DNA from: Patescibacteria group bacterium
GTDB lineage: Bacteria; Patescibacteriota; Patescibacteriia; Patescibacteriales; UBA12465
DNA: 64,000 nucleotides
Direction: 5' to 3'
NCBI GenBank assembly: GCA_041651195.1
Contig: JBAZJR010000005.1
Coordinates: 33 to 64,032, forward strand
Position 1 is the first letter of the stretch. Each line of letters opens with the position of its first letter. Below, piece after piece: positions 26,997 through 36,085 of this stretch. Under the pieces are notes generated by a model. It saw nothing but the letters and a program-made list of their open reading frames with translations. It searched no databases and was not told the DNA's origin. A program made the position numbers and the translations under genes.

Positions 26997-27800
26997 ATGG
27001 ATATCATCAAACACTTCATTGCGCGAAAACAAATCAACTACGATCGGATCATCTTTTATGTCTGGCCGCTAGCCGCGGCCACTATCTCCTTGATTCTGGA
27101 AACATCATACTTTACCTCTCTCTTCCTATTTTTCGGCTGTCCGATCATCTATCTTTTTTATCGCAACCAAAAAAGAATAAAAAAGATCCTGCTCTTCTCA
27201 TTGCCGGTCTTCCTGGTGATGGCCGTCGTCCTGGACTATATTTGCGATATCACCGGGATCTGGGCAGTCGCGAGCTCTGTCTTCAATTACCGGATCTTAG
27301 GGCAAGTGCCGATAGAGAACCTCATCTGGCTGATCAGCTATACGATTTTTGTTGTTGCCTATTATGAATATTTTTTTGAATTCAGCGATCGGGATAAAAA
27401 TTACCGCCCGCGCCTAAAATACTTCCACGCCTTTTTTATTTCCGTCTTCATTATTTTCCTGGCCGTTTACATCACTAATAAAGACTGGCTATATATTAAA
27501 TATTTTTATCTGAAATTCGGTATCATCCTCGGCCTCTTGCCGACGATTTTGATGCTCGCTCGGTCCCCGAAATTATTCACTAAATTCATTAAGACCGGCA
27601 TTTATTTCTTTTACCATTCATTAACCTACGAAATCACAGCCTTATACCTAGGCTGGTGGTCGTTCCCCGGCCGAGAGATAATCGGCAGCGTCGTCCTCGG
27701 CCGCCTATCTTTCCCGATAGAAGAATTGCTCTTCTGGATGACCTTGGGCGCCGTCGGCTTATTATCATTCTATGAATTTTTTGACGATGACGAAAAGTAA
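26997..27800 (+). CDS. polytopic membrane protein with two lycopene-cyclase-domain-like repeats
   Basis: Two repeats carry a Pro-Ile-Glu motif at a helix start (VPIENLIWLISY and FPIEELLFWMTLG), as in CrtYc/Yd-type cyclase domains. The assignment is by motif only. Confidence 0.35.
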   Translation: MDIIKHFIARKQINYDRIIFYVWPLAAATISLILETSYFTSLFLFFGCPIIYLFYRNQKRIKKILLFSLPVFLVMAVVLDYICDITGIWAVASSVFNYRILGQVPIENLIWLISYTIFVVAYYEYFFEFSDRDKNYRPRLKYFHAFFISVFIIFLAVYITNKDWLYIKYFYLKFGIILGLLPTILMLARSPKLFTKFIKTGIYFFYHSLTYEITALYLGWWSFPGREIIGSVVLGRLSFPIEELLFWMTLGAVGLLSFYEFFDDDEK

Positions 27801-27820
27801 AAGGCAATAATCGCCGTCAC

Positions 27821-27845
27821 AAAAACAGGCTACCGCCTGTTTTTG
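27821..27845. terminator. bidirectional terminator-like hairpin
   Basis: AAAAACAGGC/tacc/GCCTGTTTTT between the + gene ending at 27800 and the - strand tRNA pair. Confidence 0.6.
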
Positions 27846-27870
27846 TAATAAACTCCTCAGATTCTAGGAG

Positions 27871-27944
27871 TGGGCGCACAAGGATTCGAACCCTGGACCC
27901 CTTCGGTGTAAACGAAGTGCTCTAACCAGCTGAGCTATGCGCCC
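27871..27944 (-). tRNA. tRNA-Val (anticodon TAC)
   Basis: Reverse complement GGGCGCA TA GCTC AGCTGGTTA GAGC A CTTCG TTTACAC CGAAG GGGTC CAGGG TTCGAAT CCTTG TGCGCCC A. Confidence 0.9.
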
Positions 27945-27957
27945 GATCGACTGACAG

Positions 27958-28041
27958 TGGGCGAAAGAGGACTCGAACCTCCACAGCCTTGCGGCCACAA
28001 GCCCCTCAAGCTTGCGTGTCTACCAGTTTCACCATTCGCCC
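27958..28041 (-). tRNA. tRNA-Leu (anticodon GAG), long variable arm
   Basis: Reverse complement GGGCGAA..CAAGC TTGAGGG GCTTG TGGCCGCAAGGCTGT GGAGG TTCGAGT CCTCT TTCGCCC A. Confidence 0.9.
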
Positions 28042-28059
28042 GACAGGAAAAATCGTCAA

Positions 28060-28386
28060 TTACTTAACGATTTTTTCTTTCAATTTCTTCTTATACTCGC
28101 CGCGCAGATAATACAGCTTAGCTCGTTTAACCTTGGCTTCTTTCTTGATCTCGATCTTGGTGATCGTCGGCAGATTTAGGGGGAAGATCTTTTCCACGCC
28201 GACGCCTTCGGAAATCTTGCGCACCGTTATCGTCGCGCCGGTCTCCTTATGATGTTTGCGGGCGATAATCATACCTTCAAAATACTGGATTCTTTCTTTT
28301 TCCTCTCCTTTAGAATTCAGTTCTTTGATCTTCTGGTAAACCCTGACGGTCATTCCGGGTTTCAATTCTAATTTGGTCTCAACCAT
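28060..28386 (-). CDS. rplS: 50S ribosomal protein L19
   Basis: [55 protein letters not shown] matches L19. Confidence 0.9.
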   Translation of the reverse strand: MVETKLELKPGMTVRVYQKIKELNSKGEEKERIQYFEGMIIARKHHKETGATITVRKISEGVGVEKIFPLNLPTITKIEIKKEAKVKRAKLYYLRGEYKKKLKEKIVK

Positions 28387-28405
28387 ATTGGTTAAAAATT
28401 ATAGA

Positions 28406-28430
28406 AACGAGACTAGCTTAGTCTCGTTTT
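28406..28430. terminator. strong hairpin between kinase gene and rplS
   Basis: AACGAGACTA/gct/TAGTCTCGTT perfect 10-bp stem, with T-rich sequence on both strands. Confidence 0.6.
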
Positions 28431-28469
28431 AAGGCTTATTAATAAGGCAAATCTTGTCTAATGTTATAA

Positions 28470-29039
28470 TTAATTTTTCTTCTTGTCAAGCTCGGATACC
28501 ACTCGATCATAAACCGCCTGGAAAACCTGGTCGGGCGTCAAATCGGTCGTATCCAGATAAAAATCGTAATTCTGAAGATTGTGGACATCAATATTATAAT
28601 ATTTTTGATAACGCAGGCGATCGCTAGCCACCCGCTTAGCCATGCTCGCCTTGACATCATCAATATTTTTCAGCTCTTTATCCTCATTCCTCTCATTCTT
28701 TTTCTGCAAACTGCCAAAAACCCGCCGCGCGCCTTCGTCCTGATTGACATCCAGATAAATCTTAAAGGAATGGGGAATCAGATACCAAGACGTTCGACCC
28801 TCAATAATAAAATTATCTTCCGTCGCCCCTAATCTCTTCTGATACAGATCGACTTCTTGATCGGTACTGATATCGGTTTCTCCTAATTTATTATACTCCG
28901 CCAGAGTCATCCCTCTCTTTTTAGCCGCTTCCCGGCGCAAACCACCCATATAGTAGCGCGGCCAGCCCAGTTTATCCGCCAACATCTGGGCAATTGTGCT
29001 TTTCCCGGAACCGATCGCTCCCATCAAAGATATGATCAT
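28470..29039 (-). CDS. cytidylate-kinase-like P-loop NMP kinase
   Basis: P-loop LMGAIGSGKSTIAQMLADKLGW. Length and layout resemble the Cytidylate_kin2 family. Confidence 0.6.
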   Translation of the reverse strand: MIISLMGAIGSGKSTIAQMLADKLGWPRYYMGGLRREAAKKRGMTLAEYNKLGETDISTDQEVDLYQKRLGATEDNFIIEGRTSWYLIPHSFKIYLDVNQDEGARRVFGSLQKKNERNEDKELKNIDDVKASMAKRVASDRLRYQKYYNIDVHNLQNYDFYLDTTDLTPDQVFQAVYDRVVSELDKKKN

Positions 29040-29119
29040 ACGACAGTTGTTTTTTTATTAATAAAAGTCTATTATGTTATTATTATAACTTAAATTATCC
29101 AAATACCAAAACGGCTCAT

Positions 29120-32100
29120 ATGTATCTAGAAAAACTGGAAGTCCAAGGTTTCAAATCTTTTGCCCATAAAAATAAGCTGATCTTTTCCGGCCTGATCGAC
29201 GGCCGGAAAAGAGGCCTGACGGCCATTGTCGGCCCGAATGGATCCGGCAAGTCTAACGTGGCGGATTCTATCCGCTGGGCGCTCGGGGAACAGAGCCTAA
29301 AGACCTTGCGCGGCAAAAAGAGCGAGGATGTCATCTTCTCCGGTTCTGACCAGAAAAACCAACTCAGCCTGGCTGAGGTATCTTTATATCTGAATAACGC
29401 GGAAGCGGCCAAAAAAAACTTGGCGGCGCCAGAAATGATTGAAAAAGAAAGCGACCTGGACCAGGTAATCTCCAGTTGCCCGGAAATCGTCATCACTCGC
29501 CGTCTCTACCGCAACGGAGAAAGCGAATATCTGCTTAATAATAGCCGCGTCCGCCTCGCTGATATCCAGATGCTCCTGGCGAAAGCCAATTTCGGACAAA
29601 AAACCTATAGCGTCATCGGACAAGGCATGGTCGAAAATTTCCTGAGCACCTCCGCGGCGGAACGGAAAGATTTTTTCGACGAAGCGACCGGCGTCAAGCA
29701 ATTCCAGATCAAGCGCGATGCTGCTCTCAATAAATTAGAAAACAGCTACGAGAATCTACAGCAGGTAGATATGCTGCTGACCGAAATCAAGCCGCGGCTA
29801 AAAAGCCTGACCAGACAAGTAGAGAGGCTTAAACGGCGGGGCGAGATTGAAAATGACCTGCGGCAGAACCAACTTAATTACTATAGCTGGCTCTGGCAAG
29901 ATATCAATCAAAAATTAGACAATTTCAATGATCGGTTGCTGGAAAATGAAAAATTAAAATTAGAACGGGACCGCCGCCTAGATAAGCTGAATGAAGAATT
30001 AAACAAAATCCGGGCGACGGATAATTTCCGAGAGATGGAAGAATTGCAGCCGCGGCTGAAAACCCTGGCTAATCAAAAGAATCAATACTTAAAGCAATTA
30101 GCTAAACTACAGGCGGAATTGGAAACCCGACTGGATGGGCAAGGACAATTCGACGTCTCCTGGCTGAATAATAAGCGGGGGGAACTGACGGCTGCTTTAG
30201 AAAATATCCAAGCGGAAATCCGTTCACTGACTAATAGCGGACACGGCGAGGAGGAAGCTAAGGAGCGGGCCTCATTAGAGATAATCGACGGGGAGATTGC
30301 CCGATCGCGCGAATTAAAAGAGAAAATCGGACGTCTAGAGGAAGAGCGGAACTATCACTTCAAAAATTTATCTAAGCTGGAAGCGACCCTGGAAGCTAAC
30401 CTGGAAGTCCAGGGTCAATTTGACGTCTCTTGGCTTAACAATAAAAATGAGGAGCTTGGTAGCGAACTTAAAAAGATCGAAGAAGAAATCGCGGAATTAC
30501 GGACGGCTAATGATCCAGCCATAAAGGCTGAATTAGAAAAAAAATCGCAAACCGTACAGGCTAAGCTTAACCGCCTGAACGAAGAAATGGAGGCGATCAA
30601 CCAAGAATTGAAGCGGGCCAATGCCGGCGGCGGCCGAAACGAAGAAATTAGCCGCTTGATCGAAGAATTCCTGGATCGCCTGGATCTGATCGATAAGGAA
30701 GATGATCTAAATTTGATCAAAAAACAGATTGCCGCCGCCAAAAAAGATTTTCAAACTAAGATTGCCGGCTTAATCAGCGGCGCCAACGCCGATGACCTAG
30801 AAAAAATCCAAAAAATACAAACAGAGATCATCGCGCTGACCGAAGAACGCCAGACGATCAACAATCTCCTTAATGAAGAGAGGTTACGCCTGGCCTCCAC
30901 CAACGAGAGACTGAGGCTGGCCGAAGACAAGGCAAGCCAATTAGCCAGAGAAATTAAAGATATCTCAATCAAGCTGGAAAAAAGCCAAATCAAATTCGAC
31001 GCCTCTCAGATCGAACGAGAAAAAGAGGAAATCAACAAAAAAATATCCTCCCTAGATAAGGAGATCCAGGCCTGGCGGCATGATTTCCGTCCTGAAGAAT
31101 TGCAAGCTAAACGCCAAGCGGCCCTAGATCGGATCCATGCTTGCCGCTTAAAATCTTCCGCTCTGGAAGAGCGCGCCCGCCTACTACGCGATCAGGAGAA
31201 CCAGACTGAAAAAGAAATCACGGCCATCAATAATAAGTTAGAAAAAAGCCAGATTAAATTCGACGCCTCACGGATCGAGGCGGAACAACGGGAAATCGAC
31301 CAGAAGCTGGCGGGCCTAGATCAAGAAATAAAGATCCTAGAAAATAAATTAGAGGAATTGAACCGCGCGAAAGAAAAAGAAAAAGGGCAGATGTTCGAGT
31401 GCCAAAAAAATATCCAGCTCTTACAACAGGAAATTAATAGCATTTCCGAAGAGATCAATAGGGCTAAAGTAGAAGCCACGCGGCAAGAAACCAAGCTGGA
31501 AGACCTGGAGGCGAATATCCGGAACGATGAACTGAATATCATCGATATCAAGAATCATCAAATAACCCAGGAAATAAACGATATCGAGCGCCTCTATAAG
31601 GCCATCAGCGCCCATAAGTCCCAGCTGGAATCGATCGGCGGCATCGACCCGGAAGCAGAGAAGGAATATCAAGAGACCAAAGAGCGTTATGATTTCTTAA
31701 GCGGCCAGACGACTGATTTAGATAAGGCCATCAAGTCATTGGAAGAAGTAATCTATGAGCTAGACCTTAATATTAAAAACCGTTTTGACGCCGAATTTAA
31801 AATTATTTCTGAAAAATTCAATGATTATTTCAAGATTCTCTTTAATGGCGGCACGGCCAAAATCTATAAAGTGATGATTGAAGACCTAGAAAAAGAAGAA
31901 GCAAAAAATAATGCAAACGCGAACCACTCGCCCGCTGCAACGGGCGAACCGGCTGGCGACGCGACGAGCGGGCTAAATGCAGCCGAGATGGCAATAAAGA
32001 AAGAAATGGATGAGAAGCTAAAACGGATAAAATTCCTAAAAAGACATAACGCGGTCGGATTAGCCGGCATTGAAGTCCAGGCAACACCGCCCGGCAAAAA

Positions 32101-32410
32101 GATCCAAACCGTGACGATGCTTTCCGGCGGCGAACGCGCCCTGACGGCTATCGCCCTGATCTGTGCGATCATCAGCGCCAATCCTTCGCCATTCGTCGTC
32201 TTAGACGAGGTCGACGCGGCTCTAGATGAAGCCAACTCCGAACGCCTAGCAAAAATATTGGACGATCTCTCCAATAAGACCCAATTCATCGTTATCACCC
32301 ATAACCGCGCTTGCATGCGAAAGGCGAGCATCCTCTACGGCGTAACTATGGAATCGGACGGCGTCAGCAAGCTCCTAAGCGTCAAGCTGGACGAATTGAA
32401 TCTGAAATAA
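29120..32410 (+). CDS. smc: SMC chromosome condensation/segregation ATPase (no hinge recognisable by eye)
   Basis: N-head LEVQGFKSFA..IVGPNGSGKSNVADSIRWALGEQS..LRG...DVIFSGS; C-head LSGGERALTAIALICAI..FVVLDEVDAALD. Nearly 700 aa of heptad-like sequence lie in between. Confidence 0.85.
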   Translation: MYLEKLEVQGFKSFAHKNKLIFSGLIDGRKRGLTAIVGPNGSGKSNVADSIRWALGEQSLKTLRGKKSEDVIFSGSDQKNQLSLAEVSLYLNNAEAAKKNLAAPEMIEKESDLDQVISSCPEIVITRRLYRNGESEYLLNNSRVRLADIQMLLAKANFGQKTYSVIGQGMVENFLSTSAAERKDFFDEATGVKQFQIKRDAALNKLENSYENLQQVDMLLTEIKPRLKSLTRQVERLKRRGEIENDLRQNQLNYYSWLWQDINQKLDNFNDRLLENEKLKLERDRRLDKLNEELNKIRATDNFREMEELQPRLKTLANQKNQYLKQLAKLQAELETRLDGQGQFDVSWLNNKRGELTAALENIQAEIRSLTNSGHGEEEAKERASLEIIDGEIARSRELKEKIGRLEEERNYHFKNLSKLEATLEANLEVQGQFDVSWLNNKNEELGSELKKIEEEIAELRTANDPAIKAELEKKSQTVQAKLNRLNEEMEAINQELKRANAGGGRNEEISRLIEEFLDRLDLIDKEDDLNLIKKQIAAAKKDFQTKIAGLISGANADDLEKIQKIQTEIIALTEERQTINNLLNEERLRLASTNERLRLAEDKASQLAREIKDISIKLEKSQIKFDASQIEREKEEINKKISSLDKEIQAWRHDFRPEELQAKRQAALDRIHACRLKSSALEERARLLRDQENQTEKEITAINNKLEKSQIKFDASRIEAEQREIDQKLAGLDQEIKILENKLEELNRAKEKEKGQMFECQKNIQLLQQEINSISEEINRAKVEATRQETKLEDLEANIRNDELNIIDIKNHQITQEINDIERLYKAISAHKSQLESIGGIDPEAEKEYQETKERYDFLSGQTTDLDKAIKSLEEVIYELDLNIKNRFDAEFKIISEKFNDYFKILFNGGTAKIYKVMIEDLEKEEAKNNANANHSPAATGEPAGDATSGLNAAEMAIKKEMDEKLKRIKFLKRHNAVGLAGIEVQATPPGKKIQTVTMLSGGERALTAIALICAIISANPSPFVVLDEVDAALDEANSERLAKILDDLSNKTQFIVITHNRACMRKASILYGVTMESDGVSKLLSVKLDELNLK

Positions 32411-32501
32411 TGAAAATAATTTAAAAAAGATTAAGTTTTTCTTAAGCTGTCCCCCGTTATAGTAAAGGCCGTCCGCTACTGGGCGGCTTTTATGATAATC
32501 T

Positions 32502-34016
32502 ATGCCTACTAGAATACTTTCAGCCGCCCCGAGCGGATTAGACGCGGTCATCATATCCGTCGAAGCCGACTCCGGCGGCGGCGATTTCGGCCAGATCACC
32601 ATCGTCGGCCTGCCGGATGCCGCGGTTTCCGAATCGCGAGAAAGAGTCAAGAGCGCTCTGCGCCATTGCGGCCTGCCTTTCCCGCGGCGCCGGATAACAG
32701 TCAATTTGGCTCCGGCTGAACTCAAAAAACATGGCCCCGTCTATGATCTGCCGATTACTATCGCCATCTTAGCTCTCCAGAATAATTTTCTGATCAATTT
32801 TACAGAGTGCTTATTAATTGGGGAGCTATCTTTGGACGGCCGCGTCAAGCCATCGCCCAGCATCTTGGCGATGGCGATGGCGGCGCGTGATAATAACCTG
32901 AAGGCTCTTTTTGTGCCGACGGAAAATGCCACTGAAGCCCGATTAATCGAAGGTTTGACGATTTATCCCGTCTCCAATTTAAGAGAATTAATCAATCATC
33001 TGACAAAAAAGCGCTTAATTAGCCCAGCAAAAGAAGAAAAGTCTGGTTTGCCATCTGCCGGGCTATTTCCTGATCTGTCGGAAATACGCGACCAGAACCA
33101 GGCTAAGCGCGCCCTAGAAATCGCGGCGGCGGGCGGGCACAATCTGCTGCTCTCGGGGCCGCCTGGATCGGGCAAAACTTATCTAGCAAAAACTCTGCCC
33201 GGCATCTTACCTGCCTTAAGCTTGACTGAAAGATTAGAGGTGACTAAAATCCACGGTATCGTTCGGAAACAGCCGGAGGTGCGGCCCCTGATCATGGATA
33301 GGCCCTTCCGGTCGCCGCATCATTCCATTTCCGCAACGGCCCTGATCGGCGGCGGCGCTTGGCCGCGACCCGGGGAGATTTCTTTAGCCCATCGCGGGGT
33401 TCTTTTCTTAGATGAATTCCCAGAATTTAGCCGGCCGGTCTTAGAAAATTTGCGCCAACCGCTTGAAGAAGGCTATATCAATATTGATCGCGGCTTCGGC
33501 CGCCTGAGATTCCCGGCTGATTTTATCCTCCTAGCCGCCATGAATCCTTGCCCCTGCGGATACTACGGCCAACCTGGAAAAAATTGCCGCTGCACGCCCC
33601 GACAAATAATCAATTATCGCCGCCACTTATCCGGACCGATCATCGATCGGATCGATCTGCATATTAGCTTGCCCCGTGTCAGAATCGAAAAACTAGAGAG
33701 TACGGAAATCGGAGAAAACTCGACAACAGTCAGAAGACGCGTAACGGAAGCGCGAACCAGACAATCGATCCGTTTAAAAAATAATTGCTTCCTCGCTAAC
33801 GCTGGCCTGACTAACCAGATGGTCAAAGATTTTTGCCGGATAGACCAAGCCGGTCGCCGTTTGCTCACGGCGGCGGCGGAAAGGCTGAATTTATCGGCTC
33901 GCTCTTATTTCCGCGTCTTGAAACTAGCACGGACAATCGCGGATCTAGCAACGGAAAAAGACATCTTAGCCGGGCATCTGGCTGAAGCGCTGCAATATCG
34001 ACCCAAATTGGAATAA
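32502..34016 (+). CDS. comM: YifB/ComM-family Mg-chelatase-like AAA+ ATPase
   Basis: Lon-like N-domain ..ITIVGLPDAAVSESRERVKSAL.., Walker A LSGPPGSGKT, Walker B VLFLDEFPEF, C-terminal ..ARSYFRVLKLARTIADL.. Confidence 0.85.
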   Translation: MPTRILSAAPSGLDAVIISVEADSGGGDFGQITIVGLPDAAVSESRERVKSALRHCGLPFPRRRITVNLAPAELKKHGPVYDLPITIAILALQNNFLINFTECLLIGELSLDGRVKPSPSILAMAMAARDNNLKALFVPTENATEARLIEGLTIYPVSNLRELINHLTKKRLISPAKEEKSGLPSAGLFPDLSEIRDQNQAKRALEIAAAGGHNLLLSGPPGSGKTYLAKTLPGILPALSLTERLEVTKIHGIVRKQPEVRPLIMDRPFRSPHHSISATALIGGGAWPRPGEISLAHRGVLFLDEFPEFSRPVLENLRQPLEEGYINIDRGFGRLRFPADFILLAAMNPCPCGYYGQPGKNCRCTPRQIINYRRHLSGPIIDRIDLHISLPRVRIEKLESTEIGENSTTVRRRVTEARTRQSIRLKNNCFLANAGLTNQMVKDFCRIDQAGRRLLTAAAERLNLSARSYFRVLKLARTIADLATEKDILAGHLAEALQYRPKLE

Positions 34017-34088
34017 TCCGATAAGTTTTGCTATAATAAAAATACTAATTACTGTCTCTTTCCTGAAAAAAGGAGGGCGTCAAATCTT

Positions 34089-35468
34089 ATGTCCAAAAAA
34101 ATCACGACCTTATTCCTGCTGGCTATCTTCCTAATGACGGCCGGTTTCGGCTGCAAAATAACTAATCAAGATACGCAAGAAGCAATGAAACCGATCACGA
34201 TCACTTATTGGCGAGTCTTTGACAGCCAAGATGCTTTTCAAGACATCATCACCAAATATAAGGCCCTCCACCCATTCGTCACTATCGAATACCGAAAATT
34301 GCGCTACGAAGAATATGAAAAAGAACTCTTAAACGCCTTAGCGGAAGACCGCGGGCCGGACGTCTTTTCCATCCATAACACTTGGCTGGAAAAATACCAG
34401 ACTAAGTTAGCGCCGATGCCGGAAACAATCACGATGGCTTACCCGGTCGTCAAAGGAACAGTCAAGAAAGAAGTCGTGACGGAATTACGTACGACTAATA
34501 GCCTGACCCTGAAAGAACTAAAAGATAACTTCGTCGACGCGGTCAGCTATGACGTTATCCTCAGCGACGGTAAAATCTATGGATTGCCGCTCTCTGTCGA
34601 TACCTTGGCCATGTACTATAATAAAGATCTATTCAATAATGCCGGTATCAGCCAAGCGCCGCAATACTGGAATAAAGAATTCCTGCAGGACGTGAAAAAA
34701 TTAACTAAGCAAGACCAAAAACAAGGCATTATCCAGGCCGGAGTCGCTTTAGGCGGAGCGGCGAATATCAACCGCGCCAGCGATATCTTATCGGTCCTGA
34801 TGATGCAGAATGGGGCGGTGATGCTCGATGACAGTCGGCAAGTCGCTTTCCACAAGATACCGGCGATCAATAAAGAAAATAACTATAATCCCGGCTTAGA
34901 GGCTTTGCGCTTCTATACCGATTTTTCTAACCCGGTCAAAGAATCTTATTCATGGAACGACAGCCTGCCTAATTCCTTGGAAATGTTCATCAGCGGGAAC
35001 CTGGCCGTAATGTTCAGCTATTCTTATGATCTGCCGACAATCAAGGCGCGCGCGCCAAAACTAAATTTTTCTGTAGCGAAACTACCGCAAATAGAAGGTA
35101 ACCCGCCGACAAATATCAATTTCGCTAATTACTGGCTGGAAGTCGTCTCTAAAAAAAGCGCCCATCCGGATGAAGCTTGGGACTTTGTCCAATTCATCAC
35201 CAAAGAAGAGCAGGTTAAAAGCTACCTAGAAAAAACCAAACGGCCAACCGCCCTGCGCTCCCTGGTGGCGACGCAAAAAAATGACAACGAAATAGGCGTC
35301 TTCGCTGACCAGGTCCTAACCGCCAAAAGCTGGTACAAGGGCAAAGATGCCGCGGCCGCTGAGGCGGCCATGCGGGAAATGATCGAGACGATGATTAAAA
35401 ATATTTCCGGGAAAGTTCAGAGTATCGTCGATACGGCGGCGGCCAAGGTCCAACAAACCATTTATTAA
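34089..35468 (+). CDS. ABC-transporter extracellular solute-binding lipoprotein (family 1, sugar-type)
   Basis: Lipobox LMTAGFGC. ..ITYWRVFD....PDVFSIHNTWL..YGLPLSVDTLAMYYNKDLF.. is typical of SBP_bac_1. Confidence 0.75.
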   Translation: MSKKITTLFLLAIFLMTAGFGCKITNQDTQEAMKPITITYWRVFDSQDAFQDIITKYKALHPFVTIEYRKLRYEEYEKELLNALAEDRGPDVFSIHNTWLEKYQTKLAPMPETITMAYPVVKGTVKKEVVTELRTTNSLTLKELKDNFVDAVSYDVILSDGKIYGLPLSVDTLAMYYNKDLFNNAGISQAPQYWNKEFLQDVKKLTKQDQKQGIIQAGVALGGAANINRASDILSVLMMQNGAVMLDDSRQVAFHKIPAINKENNYNPGLEALRFYTDFSNPVKESYSWNDSLPNSLEMFISGNLAVMFSYSYDLPTIKARAPKLNFSVAKLPQIEGNPPTNINFANYWLEVVSKKSAHPDEAWDFVQFITKEEQVKSYLEKTKRPTALRSLVATQKNDNEIGVFADQVLTAKSWYKGKDAAAAEAAMREMIETMIKNISGKVQSIVDTAAAKVQQTIY

Positions 35469-35477
35469 CCTTGCTAT

Positions 35478-36077
35478 ATGTATAAAAAAATTATCTTGGG
35501 GTTTGTTTTAAGCGGGCTGTCTCTAGGTTTATTCCTGATCAACCAAAACATAGCGCGAGCGGCCGACTGCGCCACAGAATTCGGTAATCAGGGTTATAGC
35601 TGCATGGAAGCTTCAAGCGGGCGCAACTGCAAAGTCGGCTACTGCCCGGGCACGGCAAATAATATCCAATGCTGCCAACCGGGTTTAGGGATATTACCAG
35701 AAGCTTCCGGTCCGATCATGAAATACCCGGACGGGACAACTAATTGCCCGAGCGGATATACAGCCGAGCAATGCGGCTTATACACGGTCAATGATTTTAT
35801 CGCTCTGGCTATCAATGTCTCTAAATGGATCTTCGGCATTGTCGGGTCGCTGGCGCTAATTATGTTCATTTACGGCGGCTTTATGTTCTTAATATCAGCC
35901 GGTTCGGCCGATACGGTCGGAAAAGCCAAAAAAATCATTATTGCGGCCGCCATCGGGCTAGTTATCGTCTTTTCCAGCTACCTGATCATCCAGTTCGTCC
36001 TGAAGTCTATGGGCTTGAATTGGGACGGCACGATCAAGGTGCCTGAAAAGGCGCCGATTGCTCGAGCGTTAAATTAA
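35478..36077 (+). CDS. secreted Cys-rich domain fused to a VirB2/TrbC-like two-helix membrane module
   Basis: Signal peptide; 10 Cys in ~70 aa (..DCATEFGNQGYSCMEASSGRNCKVGYCPGTANNIQCCQPG..NCPSGYTAEQCG..). The C-terminus GGFMFLISAGSADTVGKAKKIIIAAAIGLVIVFSSYLI parallels the pilin-like paralogs at 40.6-43.1 kb. Confidence 0.5.
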   Translation: MYKKIILGFVLSGLSLGLFLINQNIARAADCATEFGNQGYSCMEASSGRNCKVGYCPGTANNIQCCQPGLGILPEASGPIMKYPDGTTNCPSGYTAEQCGLYTVNDFIALAINVSKWIFGIVGSLALIMFIYGGFMFLISAGSADTVGKAKKIIIAAAIGLVIVFSSYLIIQFVLKSMGLNWDGTIKVPEKAPIARALN

Positions 36078-36085
36078 AACCATCC

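Noticed and set aside
28387-28403. Leaderless-type promoter for rplS (TATAAT 11 nt before the ATG)
   Set aside because: The -10-like box is present, but the corresponding -35 position falls inside the upstream terminator stem and has no TTGACA-like sequence. This is too weak to call as a feature.
29116-32331. Multiple long antisense or out-of-frame ORFs inside smc (29116..29496, 29384..29701, 30415..30741, 30751..30993, 31321..31672, 31842..32331)
   Set aside because: All are nested in the SMC coding region. Their translations are Ser/Arg/Leu-rich low-complexity mirrors of a Glu/Lys/Leu coiled coil. No independent start context or motifs.
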